NCBI GenBank assembly: GCA_024236395.1
Contig: JACKKO010000001.1
Location: forward strand, 384,921-448,920
Length of the DNA: 64,000 nucleotides
Direction: 5' to 3'
Origin: Hyphomicrobiales bacterium
Lineage (GTDB): Bacteria; Pseudomonadota; Alphaproteobacteria; Rickettsiales; JACKKO01
Made by a program: the position numbers and the translations under genes. The notes beneath the pieces were generated by a model. The model ran no database searches and was not told the DNA's origin. It saw nothing but the letters and a program-made list of their open reading frames with translations. Shown here one piece after another: positions 49,878-61,509 of the stretch; the first letter of the stretch is position 1, and the number at the start of each line of letters is the position of its first letter.

Positions 49878-50977
49878 CCCTGATGTTCCGTGTGCATATA
49901 CCGTTCCGACTGCATTTCCTTCAACCGGGAAAGGGTGCGGGCAAATTCAAAACTGCCATCCCCGCTGGTGTAAAGCGCTTCCGGTGGGACAGAAGCCGTA
50001 CAGATCAGCAATACCTTATGATCGTAAAGCGCGTCAACCAGTGTGACGAAGCGCCAGGCCTCATTGCGCTGCTCCGGCTCCATCTGGGGAACGCCGGAAA
50101 GCAGGATCACGCGGAAGGTACGTGCCAGCTCCAGGAAGTCAGCGGAGCCAAGCGGTTGCCGGCATAGCGCATCAAAGCTACAGAGCGCCACATCGCCATG
50201 GGTATATGCTAACGAGAGCTTCCGACCTTGCATAGTGAGCGTGCGGGGTTCCGGTGTGGCGTGGTTGGTCAGTTCAGCAAAAGTTTTTTCTAGAAACGCC
50301 GTGGCGTTTTTTCCCAGTGGGGTGAAATAGGTGGTGTTAAGCTGGGCAAGATGCTGCAGGCGATAATCCTTCCCGTTATCCAACTGCTCCACCCGCAGGC
50401 GGGCTTTCAACAATGCGATGAATGGCAGGAAGCGGTCCCGTTGCAGTCCGTCCTTATACAGATCGTCCGGGTGGCGGTTGGAGGTAGTGATGATGGTGAC
50501 GCCTTCCTCCATCAGTGCTTCAAAGAAGCGCCCGACAATCATGGCATCAGCAATATCGGTGATCTGTAATTCATCCAGGCAGAGGACGCGCAGATTCTTG
50601 GCAATTTCGCAGGCCGCGGTTTCAATAGGGTCTTTGGTATTTTGGTGGCGCAGCCGGTCCAGATGCGCGTGGACCTCCAGCATAAACGCATGGAAATGGA
50701 TGCGCCGCCTCTGCGTGATGGGCAACGCGTGGCAGAAAATATCCATCACCATGCTTTTGCCGGTGCCAACACTGCCATAGAGATACATGCCCGGCAGGGA
50801 GGCGGATTTGGTGCGGCGGAGCTTTTGCAGTAAGCTCCTGTCCGGGGCGGCGCATAATTGTGCAGTCAGTTCGTCTAGTAGTGTTAGTACGCGGCGTTGC
50901 TCAGCATCTTCCGTGATATGCCCGGAAGACACCATGGTGTCATATTCCTGTATCAGGGATGATTTTCCTGCTTCCAT
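49874..50977 (-). CDS. zapE: ZapE/AFG1-family ATPase
   Basis: Contains GMYLYGSVGTGKSMVMDIF (Walker A) and LCLDELQITD (Walker B). Start chosen at MEAGKSS to avoid overlap with panC. Confidence 0.85.
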   Translation of the reverse strand: MEAGKSSLIQEYDTMVSSGHITEDAEQRRVLTLLDELTAQLCAAPDRSLLQKLRRTKSASLPGMYLYGSVGTGKSMVMDIFCHALPITQRRRIHFHAFMLEVHAHLDRLRHQNTKDPIETAACEIAKNLRVLCLDELQITDIADAMIVGRFFEALMEEGVTIITTSNRHPDDLYKDGLQRDRFLPFIALLKARLRVEQLDNGKDYRLQHLAQLNTTYFTPLGKNATAFLEKTFAELTNHATPEPRTLTMQGRKLSLAYTHGDVALCSFDALCRQPLGSADFLELARTFRVILLSGVPQMEPEQRNEAWRFVTLVDALYDHKVLLICTASVPPEALYTSGDGSFEFARTLSRLKEMQSERYMHTEHQG

Positions 50978-51006
50978 TTTGCTCCTGTCCGTCGCATAGA
51001 TAGAGT

Positions 51007-51855
51007 ATGCGAGTTGTGCGTACCATATCTGAGCTTGAGGATGCAATCAAAGCTTTGCGTCGCGAAGGGCAGAAAGTTGCCTTTGTGCCCACGATGGGGG
51101 CGCTGCATGCAGGGCATCTCTCACTAGTAGAGATAGCCCGCGAGCTGGCAGAGATCGTAGTGGTGAGTATCTTCGTTAACCCTACACAATTTGCTCCCGG
51201 TGAAGATTTTGAGCGTTACCCCCGGCAGGAAGAAGCCGACCTGGCGAAGCTGGAGGGGCATGTGGAAATCGTTTGGCTGCCGGGGGTGGAAGATATCTAC
51301 CCGGACGGGGCAGTACGCACGGTGACGGCACCAGGCAACGTGCAGGTGCTGTGCGGGGCCAGCCGGGAGGGGCATTTTGATGGCGTGGCAACCGTGGTCA
51401 AACGCTTGCTGGAAGTGGTGCAGCCGGATATGGCGATCTTCGGTGAGAAGGATTACCAGCAATTGCACATGATTCGGGAATTGGTGAAGACCCATGCTTT
51501 GCCGGTGAAAATTGTTCATGCGCCTATTGTGCGTGAGGAAGATGGATTGGCGATGTCTTCCCGTAACAGGTATCTTTCCGATGATGCGCGCAAAAAGGCA
51601 CCGTTAGTGTTTACGGTACTACGTCAGATCGCACAGGCCGTGTATCAGGGGGAAACCCGGCTGGGGACGTTGCTGGATGATGCCCGTAACCGGTTGGATA
51701 AGGCTGGCTTTGTGCTGGAATATCTGGAATTGCGTGATGCCGAAACCCTGGCCAGTGTCTCCTCGCCGCTGCATGCACCGGCACGTATTTTTATCGCAGT
51801 CTATCTGGGCAATACCCGTTTGATTGATAATATTGAGATTTGGAATACGATTTAA
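51007..51855 (+). CDS. panC: Pantoate--beta-alanine ligase
   Basis: Contains FVPTMGALHAGHLSLV, NPTQF and FGEKDYQQL. Confidence 0.93.
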   Translation: MRVVRTISELEDAIKALRREGQKVAFVPTMGALHAGHLSLVEIARELAEIVVVSIFVNPTQFAPGEDFERYPRQEEADLAKLEGHVEIVWLPGVEDIYPDGAVRTVTAPGNVQVLCGASREGHFDGVATVVKRLLEVVQPDMAIFGEKDYQQLHMIRELVKTHALPVKIVHAPIVREEDGLAMSSRNRYLSDDARKKAPLVFTVLRQIAQAVYQGETRLGTLLDDARNRLDKAGFVLEYLELRDAETLASVSSPLHAPARIFIAVYLGNTRLIDNIEIWNTI

Positions 51856-51872
51856 GGGGCTGTTGGCAGAGC

Positions 51873-52694
51873 CTAGGCTTTTACCATCCGGTCGATAGCT
51901 TGCAGTTGGCGGAGCAGGGGTTCCATACCGGAAAGCGGCATCATGCACGGGCCATCGCTGGGGGCGTGATCCGGGTCATCATGGGTTTCCATGAACAAAG
52001 CGGCGATACCCACGGCCACCGCCGCCCGTGCCAGTACGGGTACGAATTCCCGCTGACCACCGGAGGCGCCGCCCAGCCCGCCGGGCTGCTGCACCGAATG
52101 CGTGGCATCAAACACCACCGGGCAGCCGGTTTCCTGTGCCATGATCGGCAATGCCCGCATATCGGACACCAGCGTGTTATAGCCAAAGCTGACCCCGCGA
52201 TCGGTGACGCAGACATTCGGGTTGCCGGAATCGGTAATTTTCTTCACCACATTTTTCATATCCCACGGGGCAAGGAACTGCCCTTTTTTGACATTCACCA
52301 CCTTACCGGTTTTGGCCGCGGCGACCAGTAAATCGGTCTGCCGGCACAGGAAGGCAGGGATTTGCAGTACATCCACCACGCTGGCCGCTTCGGCGCACTG
52401 CTCGGCGGTGTGCACATCGGTCAGCACCGGCACGTCCAGTGTCTCGCGGATTTCGCGGAAAACCGGTAGTGCATTTTCCAGCCCCATCCCACGCTGGCCG
52501 GAAAGGCTGGTGCGGTTGGCTTTATCAAACGAGGTTTTGAAAATCAGCGGAATACCGAGCTTGTTGGTCATTTCCTTTAACCGGGTGGCGATCATCAGCG
52601 CGTGGTCGCGGGATTCCATCTGGCACGGCCCGGCAATGAGTGCGAAAGGCAGGTGATTACCGAGTTCAATTGTATGTATTTTGAGTGTTTGCAT
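51873..52694 (-). CDS. kdsA: 3-deoxy-8-phosphooctulonate synthase
   Basis: Contains [33 protein letters not shown] and [10 protein letters not shown]. Confidence 0.93.
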   Translation of the reverse strand: MQTLKIHTIELGNHLPFALIAGPCQMESRDHALMIATRLKEMTNKLGIPLIFKTSFDKANRTSLSGQRGMGLENALPVFREIRETLDVPVLTDVHTAEQCAEAASVVDVLQIPAFLCRQTDLLVAAAKTGKVVNVKKGQFLAPWDMKNVVKKITDSGNPNVCVTDRGVSFGYNTLVSDMRALPIMAQETGCPVVFDATHSVQQPGGLGGASGGQREFVPVLARAAVAVGIAALFMETHDDPDHAPSDGPCMMPLSGMEPLLRQLQAIDRMVKA

Positions 52695-52847
52695 TTAAAA
52701 ATCCACGACCTTTCCGTTCTTGACCCATTCACCATGCGGATTCACCGGCTCAGTACCGTCGGCACGGCCACCGATCTCTTTCACGGGTGGTTGTGGTGGT
52801 GTGGGATAGCTTTCCGTCGGAGCACCCGGTGTTTTATCGCCGGGCAT
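52695..52847 (-). CDS. DUF1674/SDHAF4-like small protein (50 aa, below the ORF-track cutoff)
   Basis: My own translation gives [50 protein letters not shown]. The EIGG...GEW.KNG...DF C-terminus is typical of DUF1674. The start overlaps the rpe stop (TAATG). Confidence 0.65.
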   Translation of the reverse strand: MPGDKTPGAPTESYPTPPQPPVKEIGGRADGTEPVNPHGEWVKNGKVVDF

Positions 52848-53539
52848 TATTGCTTCCCCCGCTTGAGTGGTACGACTGCGCCGCCACGCAGGGCATCGAT
52901 ATTCTTCCGGTAGTCGCTATCTTCACCGTGGAATACGGCATGCCCGGCCACCAATACGTTGGCACCGGCTTCGCGCGCCAGCTCGGCGGTATCGCGGTTA
53001 ATGCCACCATCGACCTCCAGCTCGATATCCTTCCCGGTTTCGTCGATCATGTAGCGTAGCTCGCGGATTTTCTCCAGCGAGTAGGGGATAAATTGCTGCC
53101 CACCGAACCCCGGATTGACTGACATTACCAACACCAGATCCAACTGCGGCAGGATGTAATCCAGCACATCCGGTGGTGTGGAGGGGACAATGGAAACCCC
53201 GGCCTTCTTACCCAGTGCCTTGATTTGCTGAATGGCACGATCCAGGTGCGTGGAGGCCTCGGCATGGATGGTGATAATATCCGCCCCGGCCTCGGCATAA
53301 GACTCGATATACGGTTCCACCGGCGCAATCATCAGATGGACATCAAACGGCGTGGCCGAATGCTTGCGCAAACTGCGGATCACCGATGGGCCAATGGTCA
53401 GGTTGGGCACAAAGTGACCGTCCATCACATCAATGTGAATATAATCGGCCCCGGCAGCGTCGAGCGCGCGGATTTCTTCCCCCAGCCGGGCAAAATCAGC
53501 CGACAGGATCGAAGGGGCTATTTTAATGGATTTTCCCAT
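52847..53539 (-). CDS. rpe: Ribulose-phosphate 3-epimerase
   Basis: Contains [16 protein letters not shown]...[13 protein letters not shown] and [10 protein letters not shown]. Confidence 0.93.
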   Translation of the reverse strand: MGKSIKIAPSILSADFARLGEEIRALDAAGADYIHIDVMDGHFVPNLTIGPSVIRSLRKHSATPFDVHLMIAPVEPYIESYAEAGADIITIHAEASTHLDRAIQQIKALGKKAGVSIVPSTPPDVLDYILPQLDLVLVMSVNPGFGGQQFIPYSLEKIRELRYMIDETGKDIELEVDGGINRDTAELAREAGANVLVAGHAVFHGEDSDYRKNIDALRGGAVVPLKRGKQ

Positions 53540-53634
53540 GAAGGATGGGTAGCAGGAAATGGCCGTTACGGCAAGAGGAATAGAGAATATTTGGAGTGCT
53601 TTTCCCTAGACGGTGATTGATGGGATGAAAGGGA

Positions 53635-54363
53635 TTATGCCCGGTTTTTCAGGTCCATCACGACCCGCTGCAGGTAGCTCAGGCGGGCTTTTCCCGGTGG
53701 GATGGGGGCGCCGCAAATCGCGGAGACCCGGCGGCGGAATCCCCGCGGAAGCAGGCGCATCAGCAAGGATTGCTTACGGTATTTACGGCTGAGGATACTG
53801 CCCCACAGGCCTTTGAGCGCGACCGGATAAATGGGCACCGGGTTGTGTTGAATAATCCATTCAATGCCGAATTTGAAGCGGCTCATATTCCCGGTATAGG
53901 TCAACATACCTTCGGGAAAGATACATACCAGTTCGCCCTTTTCTAGGCGGCGGGAGACTTCCTCCAGCATGGCGGTGACGGAGTCGCGGTTGGGCAGTAC
54001 CGGGATGGCCCCATTCAGATCGAGGAAATATTTAACCAATGGAATTTTATAAATCTCCTCATCAATGATAAAGACCACCGGGCGATGACAGGCCGTGTGC
54101 AGGATTAATCCGTCCATGTAGGAGACGTGGTTGGCAATAATAATGCCAGCACCTGTATTGGGGATTTGCTCAAAGCCAGAGAATTTTGTGCGGTACAGCA
54201 TTTTTACCAGCAGCTTCGCACCGCTCCGATAAAATGGGCGGGGATCACGCAATAGCCCGATGAATGTACGGAAGGGTGCTGTGATGGTTTTCCACATTGT
54301 CAGAAAGTAAAGCCAGACAAGGGTTCCAGGTTTTCTGATCGCAGAAAATACGTATTGTACCAT
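53635..54363 (-). CDS. Lysophospholipid (1-acyl-sn-glycerol-3-phosphate) acyltransferase family protein
   Basis: Contains the HX4D motif (IIANHVSYMDG) and a FPEGMLTYTG block. Confidence 0.8.
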   Translation of the reverse strand: MVQYVFSAIRKPGTLVWLYFLTMWKTITAPFRTFIGLLRDPRPFYRSGAKLLVKMLYRTKFSGFEQIPNTGAGIIIANHVSYMDGLILHTACHRPVVFIIDEEIYKIPLVKYFLDLNGAIPVLPNRDSVTAMLEEVSRRLEKGELVCIFPEGMLTYTGNMSRFKFGIEWIIQHNPVPIYPVALKGLWGSILSRKYRKQSLLMRLLPRGFRRRVSAICGAPIPPGKARLSYLQRVVMDLKNRA

Positions 54364-54650
54364 GTTTGAAGTGTTTCTCCTTGTTTGGAATTATAGCACA
54401 TACGTATTAAAAAATCTTTCAATATCTAATATATACCGTGAATATTTTACACTATATGCTGCGCCGCAGCAGCGCAATGTGGATTACAATTCGCCAGTGC
54501 TTTATGCAACATATCACTCACTATCCTTTTATCCAGATGCGTTTATACAACGTGACAGGCATTTACGTCCAGTTTTACTATATATTTGGAAAAAATCGTG
54601 GCACACCACAGAATGTTGTGACATGATACTTGCGTGTTGTGAGGGGTATT

Positions 54651-55058
54651 GTGGATTATTCGAACATCAAGATGATGGCAATGGTGCATGACCGTATGCG
54701 CTATTTAAGTGCGCGGCAGACCGTACTGGCCGAAAATATCGCCAATGTGGATACACCAGGCTACCAGCCAAAAGACGTACAGGCTCCCACCTTCAAGGAG
54801 ATGGCACGCCATGCGGCAGGCGGATTAGCGCTCAATGTGACACAGCCCGGACATATGATACCGGGGCAAACAAAGGCCGGTATCCATCGTCAGACGCAGG
54901 GGCAACTTTTTGAGATTAAGCCGGATAAAAATGCTGTCAACCTGGAAGAGCAGGCGATGCGTATGGCTCAGAACCAATTAGACTATCAGACTACCACCAG
55001 CCTTTACCGTAAGATGACGGATATGTTTCGCACGGCGCTGGGGAATCAGAACAGGTAA
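54651..55058 (+). CDS. flgB: Flagellar basal-body rod protein FlgB
   Basis: Contains RQTVLAENIANVDTPGYQPKDV. I chose the GTG start after a GAGGGG RBS; the ORF opens at 54630. Confidence 0.88.
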   Translation: MDYSNIKMMAMVHDRMRYLSARQTVLAENIANVDTPGYQPKDVQAPTFKEMARHAAGGLALNVTQPGHMIPGQTKAGIHRQTQGQLFEIKPDKNAVNLEEQAMRMAQNQLDYQTTTSLYRKMTDMFRTALGNQNR

Positions 55059-55067
55059 GGGATATAA

Positions 55068-55478
55068 ATGTCGGATTTACGTTCTGCTATTGATGTTGCT
55101 GCTACCGGGATGCGTGCTCAGAGTGAGCGCATGAAGATTGTCGCACAAAATATCGCCAATGCGGATTCGGTGGGAGCATCGCCCAATCAGGATCCATATC
55201 GTCGCCAGACGATTACCTTTAAAAACGAATATGATCGTGCAGTGGGGGCAGAAGTCGTGATGGTGGCGAAGCGGAGTGTGGATCCTTCTCCGTTTGGGTA
55301 TAAATACCAGCCCGGACACCCGGCGGCGGACGAACATGGTTATGTACGGACGCCGAATGTCGATAGCCTGATTGAAAAAGCCGATCTGAAAGAAGCACAG
55401 AGAAGCTATGAGGCAAATCTTGCAGTGATTGAAGCGACAAAGTCTATGCTGGGGAGAACATTGGATTTGTTACGCTAG
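55068..55478 (+). CDS. flgC: Flagellar basal-body rod protein FlgC
   Basis: Contains MRAQSERMKIVAQNIANADS and the C-terminal YEANLAVIEATKSM. Confidence 0.93.
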   Translation: MSDLRSAIDVAATGMRAQSERMKIVAQNIANADSVGASPNQDPYRRQTITFKNEYDRAVGAEVVMVAKRSVDPSPFGYKYQPGHPAADEHGYVRTPNVDSLIEKADLKEAQRSYEANLAVIEATKSMLGRTLDLLR

Positions 55479-55513
55479 GGATTGTATAACATGGGGATAA
55501 AAGAGGGGTGTGA

Positions 55514-55828
55514 ATGGTAGATGCAAAAATCAATCTGGCGGCCAGTGCCTATAAGCAGGCGGCGAATATCGCTCAACAGAAAGGTGGTCTGCCGGGTGGG
55601 GATACAGCGGATGTCAGTTTCTCCAATATGGTGGGGGATGCAGTTAGTAATACCACGCAGGCCATTGGCAAAGCGGAAATGGTGGGGCAGCAATCGCTGG
55701 TGAATGCTGCATCGATGGACGATCTGGTGCTGGCAGTTTCCAACGCGGAGCTGGCGTTGAAGACGATTGTTGCAGTGCGTGACCGGGTGATCAGTGCGTA
55801 TCAGGATATTATCAAGATGCCGGTATAA
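55514..55828 (+). CDS. fliE: Flagellar hook-basal body protein FliE
   Basis: 104 aa ending ...ELALKTIVAVRDRVISAYQDIIKMPV. Confidence 0.9.
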   Translation: MVDAKINLAASAYKQAANIAQQKGGLPGGDTADVSFSNMVGDAVSNTTQAIGKAEMVGQQSLVNAASMDDLVLAVSNAELALKTIVAVRDRVISAYQDIIKMPV

Positions 55829-55867
55829 ATGCCGGTGTAGTTGGCAGAAGCAAAACAGGATGTATCG

Positions 55868-56137
55868 ATGTTGACCAGTGAGGAAGTACTCGTTATTGCC
55901 AACGATGCGGTAAGCACGTTGATTCATATCGCACTGCCTATCATGCTGGTGGCGTTGTTTGTGGGGTTGGCTGTTTCCTTGTTTCAGGCACTCACGCAGA
56001 TTCAGGAAATGACGCTGACCTTTGTGCCAAAGATTATTACCATTTTCTTTTCGCTGCTGATTTTTCTGCCTTATATCTCGACAACACTGGCCGATTTCAC
56101 AAGGGAGTTATTCCAGCGTATTGCTGGTGCCGGTTAG
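55868..56137 (+). CDS. fliQ: Flagellar export apparatus protein FliQ
   Basis: Contains MLTSEEVLVIANDAVSTLIHIALPIML...QEMTLTFVPK (89 aa). Confidence 0.9.
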   Translation: MLTSEEVLVIANDAVSTLIHIALPIMLVALFVGLAVSLFQALTQIQEMTLTFVPKIITIFFSLLIFLPYISTTLADFTRELFQRIAGAG

Positions 56138-56149
56138 GCGTTAGTCCTC

Positions 56150-56911
56150 ATGTTCGTCACATTTGCTACGGAATCAGTCTATGTGTTCCTGCTGATTTTT
56201 ACCCGCATGGGTGCAGCAATGATGTTCATGCCGGGTGTGGGTGAAGTCTATGTGAGTATGCGTGCGCGTCTGGGGATTGCGCTGGCCGTTGCATTTATGC
56301 TGATGCCCTTGCTGAGGGATACATTGCCTGCCGTGCCGATGACGGTTCCTGGCCTGGCGTTGCTTCTGTTAGGAGAAGCAACGGTAGGGGTTTTTATTGG
56401 GATGCTGGGCAGAACCCTCCAGGCGACATTACATGTGGCGGGGATGGTGATTGCATTCCAGAACAGTTTGGCCTCGGCGCTGTTGTTTGACCCCAACCAG
56501 GGGAGTCAGGGTTCGGTGGTCGGTAACTTTATGACATTGCTGGGTTTGACCATGCTGTTTACCAGCAACCTCCATCACCTGATGCTGACCGGGGTGGTGG
56601 ATAGTTATACCCTGTTCACACCTGGGCACATGGTGCCGCTCGATGATTTCTCGGAATTTTTCTCGCAGGTGATGATGCAGGGGTTTCAGGTCGCATTCAA
56701 AATTGCTTCACCCATGATGGTGGTGGGGCTGGTAGTGTATCTGATTAGCGGGATTCTTGCCCGTCTGATGCCGACGATGCAGGTGTTTTTCGTGATTATT
56801 CCAGCGCAATTGCTGCTTTCTTTCTTCATCATTTCTCTCACACTGAGTGCCGGGATGTATCTGTATTTGCGCTTCTTTGAGGAGACGTTTAGCACCTTCC
56901 TGCAATGGTAA
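56150..56911 (+). CDS. fliR: Flagellar export apparatus protein FliR
   Basis: 253 aa, polytopic, with LLIFTRMGAAMMFMPG typical of FliR. Confidence 0.9.
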   Translation: MFVTFATESVYVFLLIFTRMGAAMMFMPGVGEVYVSMRARLGIALAVAFMLMPLLRDTLPAVPMTVPGLALLLLGEATVGVFIGMLGRTLQATLHVAGMVIAFQNSLASALLFDPNQGSQGSVVGNFMTLLGLTMLFTSNLHHLMLTGVVDSYTLFTPGHMVPLDDFSEFFSQVMMQGFQVAFKIASPMMVVGLVVYLISGILARLMPTMQVFFVIIPAQLLLSFFIISLTLSAGMYLYLRFFEETFSTFLQW

Positions 56912-56954
56912 ATTTTGCGAAGGATAGGCTGGACAGGTGGTGGAAGTGTGGTAA

Positions 56955-59314
<2,360 letters not shown>

Positions 59315-59319
59315 ATAAA

Positions 59320-59982
59320 TTAATGTATCTTGGGTGCTTCGTCCAGAGAGCGGGTCTCCATTTCCAATAAGGTAATAAGAATTTCTGCCCGTGCTTCCAG
59401 CGTGGGGGCTTCCAGCAGGGCCTGCCGGTCCAGTGCGCTGAAAGGCAGATTCATCGCAAAGAAAGTGATCAGGCTGAAATTCGGGATTTTGGAGAGATAA
59501 TCTGGGTCAAATTGCAAATCCATCGCCTGTGAATAGCTATGCAACGCAATCAGGAACCGTTTGCGATCAAACGGCACATTGGCATTGACGATCACATCGT
59601 CATGAAATGCCGACCAGTCTGGCTTAATGCGGCGATATTTACGAATGGTAGGGATTTCCTCTTCCATATGGAAACGGCAAATCCCGGTGAGGGTGATGAG
59701 ATAGCGCCCATCGGCCTTCTCAGTGAATGCGGTAATGCGACCCGCGCAACCTATCTGGTAAACCTCCTGCCGGGGTAACTGGCGCTGGGCTTCCTCGCGA
59801 TACATCACAATCCCCATCAGCCGTTGGCGCGTGGCCAGGGCATCCTGTACCAGATTGAGATACCGTGGTTCAAAGATGTTCAAAGGCAACTCACCACCTG
59901 GTAGCAGCAATACGCTGCTCAGAGGAAAAATGGGAAGTGTTTCCGGGAACGTCTTCGTATCCAATAATATGCCGACTGGCAC
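59320..59982 (-). CDS. LON substrate-binding (Lon N-terminal) domain protein
   Basis: LPIFPLSSVLLLPGGELPLNIFEPRYLNLV is the Lon N-domain signature. GTG start. Confidence 0.8.
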   Translation of the reverse strand: MPVGILLDTKTFPETLPIFPLSSVLLLPGGELPLNIFEPRYLNLVQDALATRQRLMGIVMYREEAQRQLPRQEVYQIGCAGRITAFTEKADGRYLITLTGICRFHMEEEIPTIRKYRRIKPDWSAFHDDVIVNANVPFDRKRFLIALHSYSQAMDLQFDPDYLSKIPNFSLITFFAMNLPFSALDRQALLEAPTLEARAEILITLLEMETRSLDEAPKIH

Positions 59983-59989
59983 AAGAATC

Positions 59990-60079
59990 CTACGATCCGC
60001 CGAAAATCAGCACAAACCCAACCGTACCGACTGCAATCACTGCAGCGGCAAGCCAGAAAATACCTGCAATTCCGTCCAT
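59990..60079 (-). CDS. Candidate 29-aa hydrophobic peptide (below the ORF-track cutoff)
   Basis: My own translation gives MDGIAGIFWLAAAVIAVGTVGFVLIFGGS. An AAGGAG RBS lies 7 nt upstream. The stop is 7 nt before the GTG of the Lon-N gene. Confidence 0.4.
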   Translation of the reverse strand: MDGIAGIFWLAAAVIAVGTVGFVLIFGGS

Positions 60080-60120
60080 AATATACTCCTTATATTGCCG
60101 CTAGTGGCGACGCATTAATG

Positions 60121-60519
60121 CTACCAGCTTCCTAGCGAAGATTCAATATGCTGCTTGTGCCGTACGGCAGAATCCATCACAGAGCTAAGCAAGGCACGTT
60201 CTACCGGTTTAGTTAAAACAAAATAGACACCGAATGGCCGTGGCTCATTAGGATCAAACAGGTTATTGTTATTTTCCATTAGAATAATAGGAATATCACT
60301 AATGTTTGCATCGTCCAGAACCTGTTTGACAAAATCTTCATAGGGGATATCAGCTAGCTGATCATCCAGTAATACTATGCCAATATCCGGCTGTGTTTTA
60401 AGGGTCTCCATTGCGTGTGTTCCGTTATCGGTCTCCAGCACGGTCATCCCCTCGGCTTCCAGATTATCCCGAATAATTTTGCTTTCAATCGGGTTGGGAA
60501 GAATAATCAACGCTTTCAT
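60121..60519 (-). CDS. Stand-alone receiver-like (CheY-fold) protein with degenerate active site
   Basis: 132 aa with the receiver topology (MKALIILP...GIVLLDDQL...PIILMENN...VLTKPVE). The N-terminal acidic pair and the conserved Thr/Ser are missing. Confidence 0.6.
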   Translation of the reverse strand: MKALIILPNPIESKIIRDNLEAEGMTVLETDNGTHAMETLKTQPDIGIVLLDDQLADIPYEDFVKQVLDDANISDIPIILMENNNNLFDPNEPRPFGVYFVLTKPVERALLSSVMDSAVRHKQHIESSLGSW

Positions 60520-60609
60520 AGCTCTCCAGTCCGGCCCGGAGCCTAGTATAGGAATTGCGGTTCGTAAAGTTCTTTGTATAGTAGGCTGGCAGAATTAACA
60601 GGAGGAACT

Positions 60610-61467
60610 ATGGAACAATTACGCGATGTCATCGAAACGGCATTTGAACAACGTGATACTGTTAATACCAACACCAAGGGTGATGTGCGGGATGCCGTGA
60701 ATGAAACCCTGAGTCTTTTGGATAGTGGTCACCTGCGTGTGGCAGAGAAGGTTAGCGGGGGATGGATCATCAACGAGTGGGCAAAAAAAGCGATTTTGCT
60801 GTCGTTCCGCCTCAACGATATGCAGCTTATTAGCCACGGACCATCCCGTAAAGGCGCTACAGAAGGCGGCGAATCCTACCGCTCTTACTGGTATGATAAA
60901 GTGCCTTCCAAGTTTCTCGGTTGGGGTGAGACGCAATTTAAGGAAGCCGGGTTTCGTGCCGTGCCGGGGTGTTTTGTACGACATTCGGCCTTCATTGGCA
61001 AGAATGTGGTGCTGATGCCCAGTTTCGTGAACCTGGGGGCATACGTGGATGAAGGAACGATGATCGATACCTGGGCAACCGTGGGTTCCTGTGCGCAGAT
61101 CGGGAAACATTGCCATATTTCCGGTGGAGCGGGGATTGGTGGTGTATTGGAGCCATTGCAGGCCAACCCGGTGATTATCGAGGATAACTGCTTTGTTGGT
61201 GCGCGCAGCGAGATCGCAGAAGGGGTGATTGTGGAAGAAGGCTCAGTGATCTCCATGGGGGTGTATCTGGGGGCGTCTACCAAGATTGTTGACCGTGCAA
61301 CCGGGCAGGTGAGTTATGGCCGGGTGCCGGCGTATAGCGTGGTAGTGCCGGGCAGTTTGACAGGGAAAACGGCGGAATCCCCATCATTGTATTGTGCCGT
61401 CATCGTTAAGCGGGTAGATGAAAAAACCCGTAGCAAAACCAGTGTTAACGAACTGTTACGTGCCTGA
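60610..61467 (+). CDS. dapD: 2,3,4,5-tetrahydropyridine-2,6-dicarboxylate N-succinyltransferase
   Basis: Hexapeptide-repeat core ([40 protein letters not shown]). The ATG follows an AGGAGGA RBS. Confidence 0.93.
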   Translation: MEQLRDVIETAFEQRDTVNTNTKGDVRDAVNETLSLLDSGHLRVAEKVSGGWIINEWAKKAILLSFRLNDMQLISHGPSRKGATEGGESYRSYWYDKVPSKFLGWGETQFKEAGFRAVPGCFVRHSAFIGKNVVLMPSFVNLGAYVDEGTMIDTWATVGSCAQIGKHCHISGGAGIGGVLEPLQANPVIIEDNCFVGARSEIAEGVIVEEGSVISMGVYLGASTKIVDRATGQVSYGRVPAYSVVVPGSLTGKTAESPSLYCAVIVKRVDEKTRSKTSVNELLRA

Positions 61468-61509
61468 TTGGCACTTGCACTAGGGCGGGAAGTTTGTCAT
61501 ACAGCAAGC

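Noticed and set aside
54560-54650. Sigma-54-like promoter (TGGCAC...TTGC) upstream of flgB
   Set aside because: TGGCAC is present, but the TTGC element is not at the required N5 spacing. No convincing -24/-12 pair is present.
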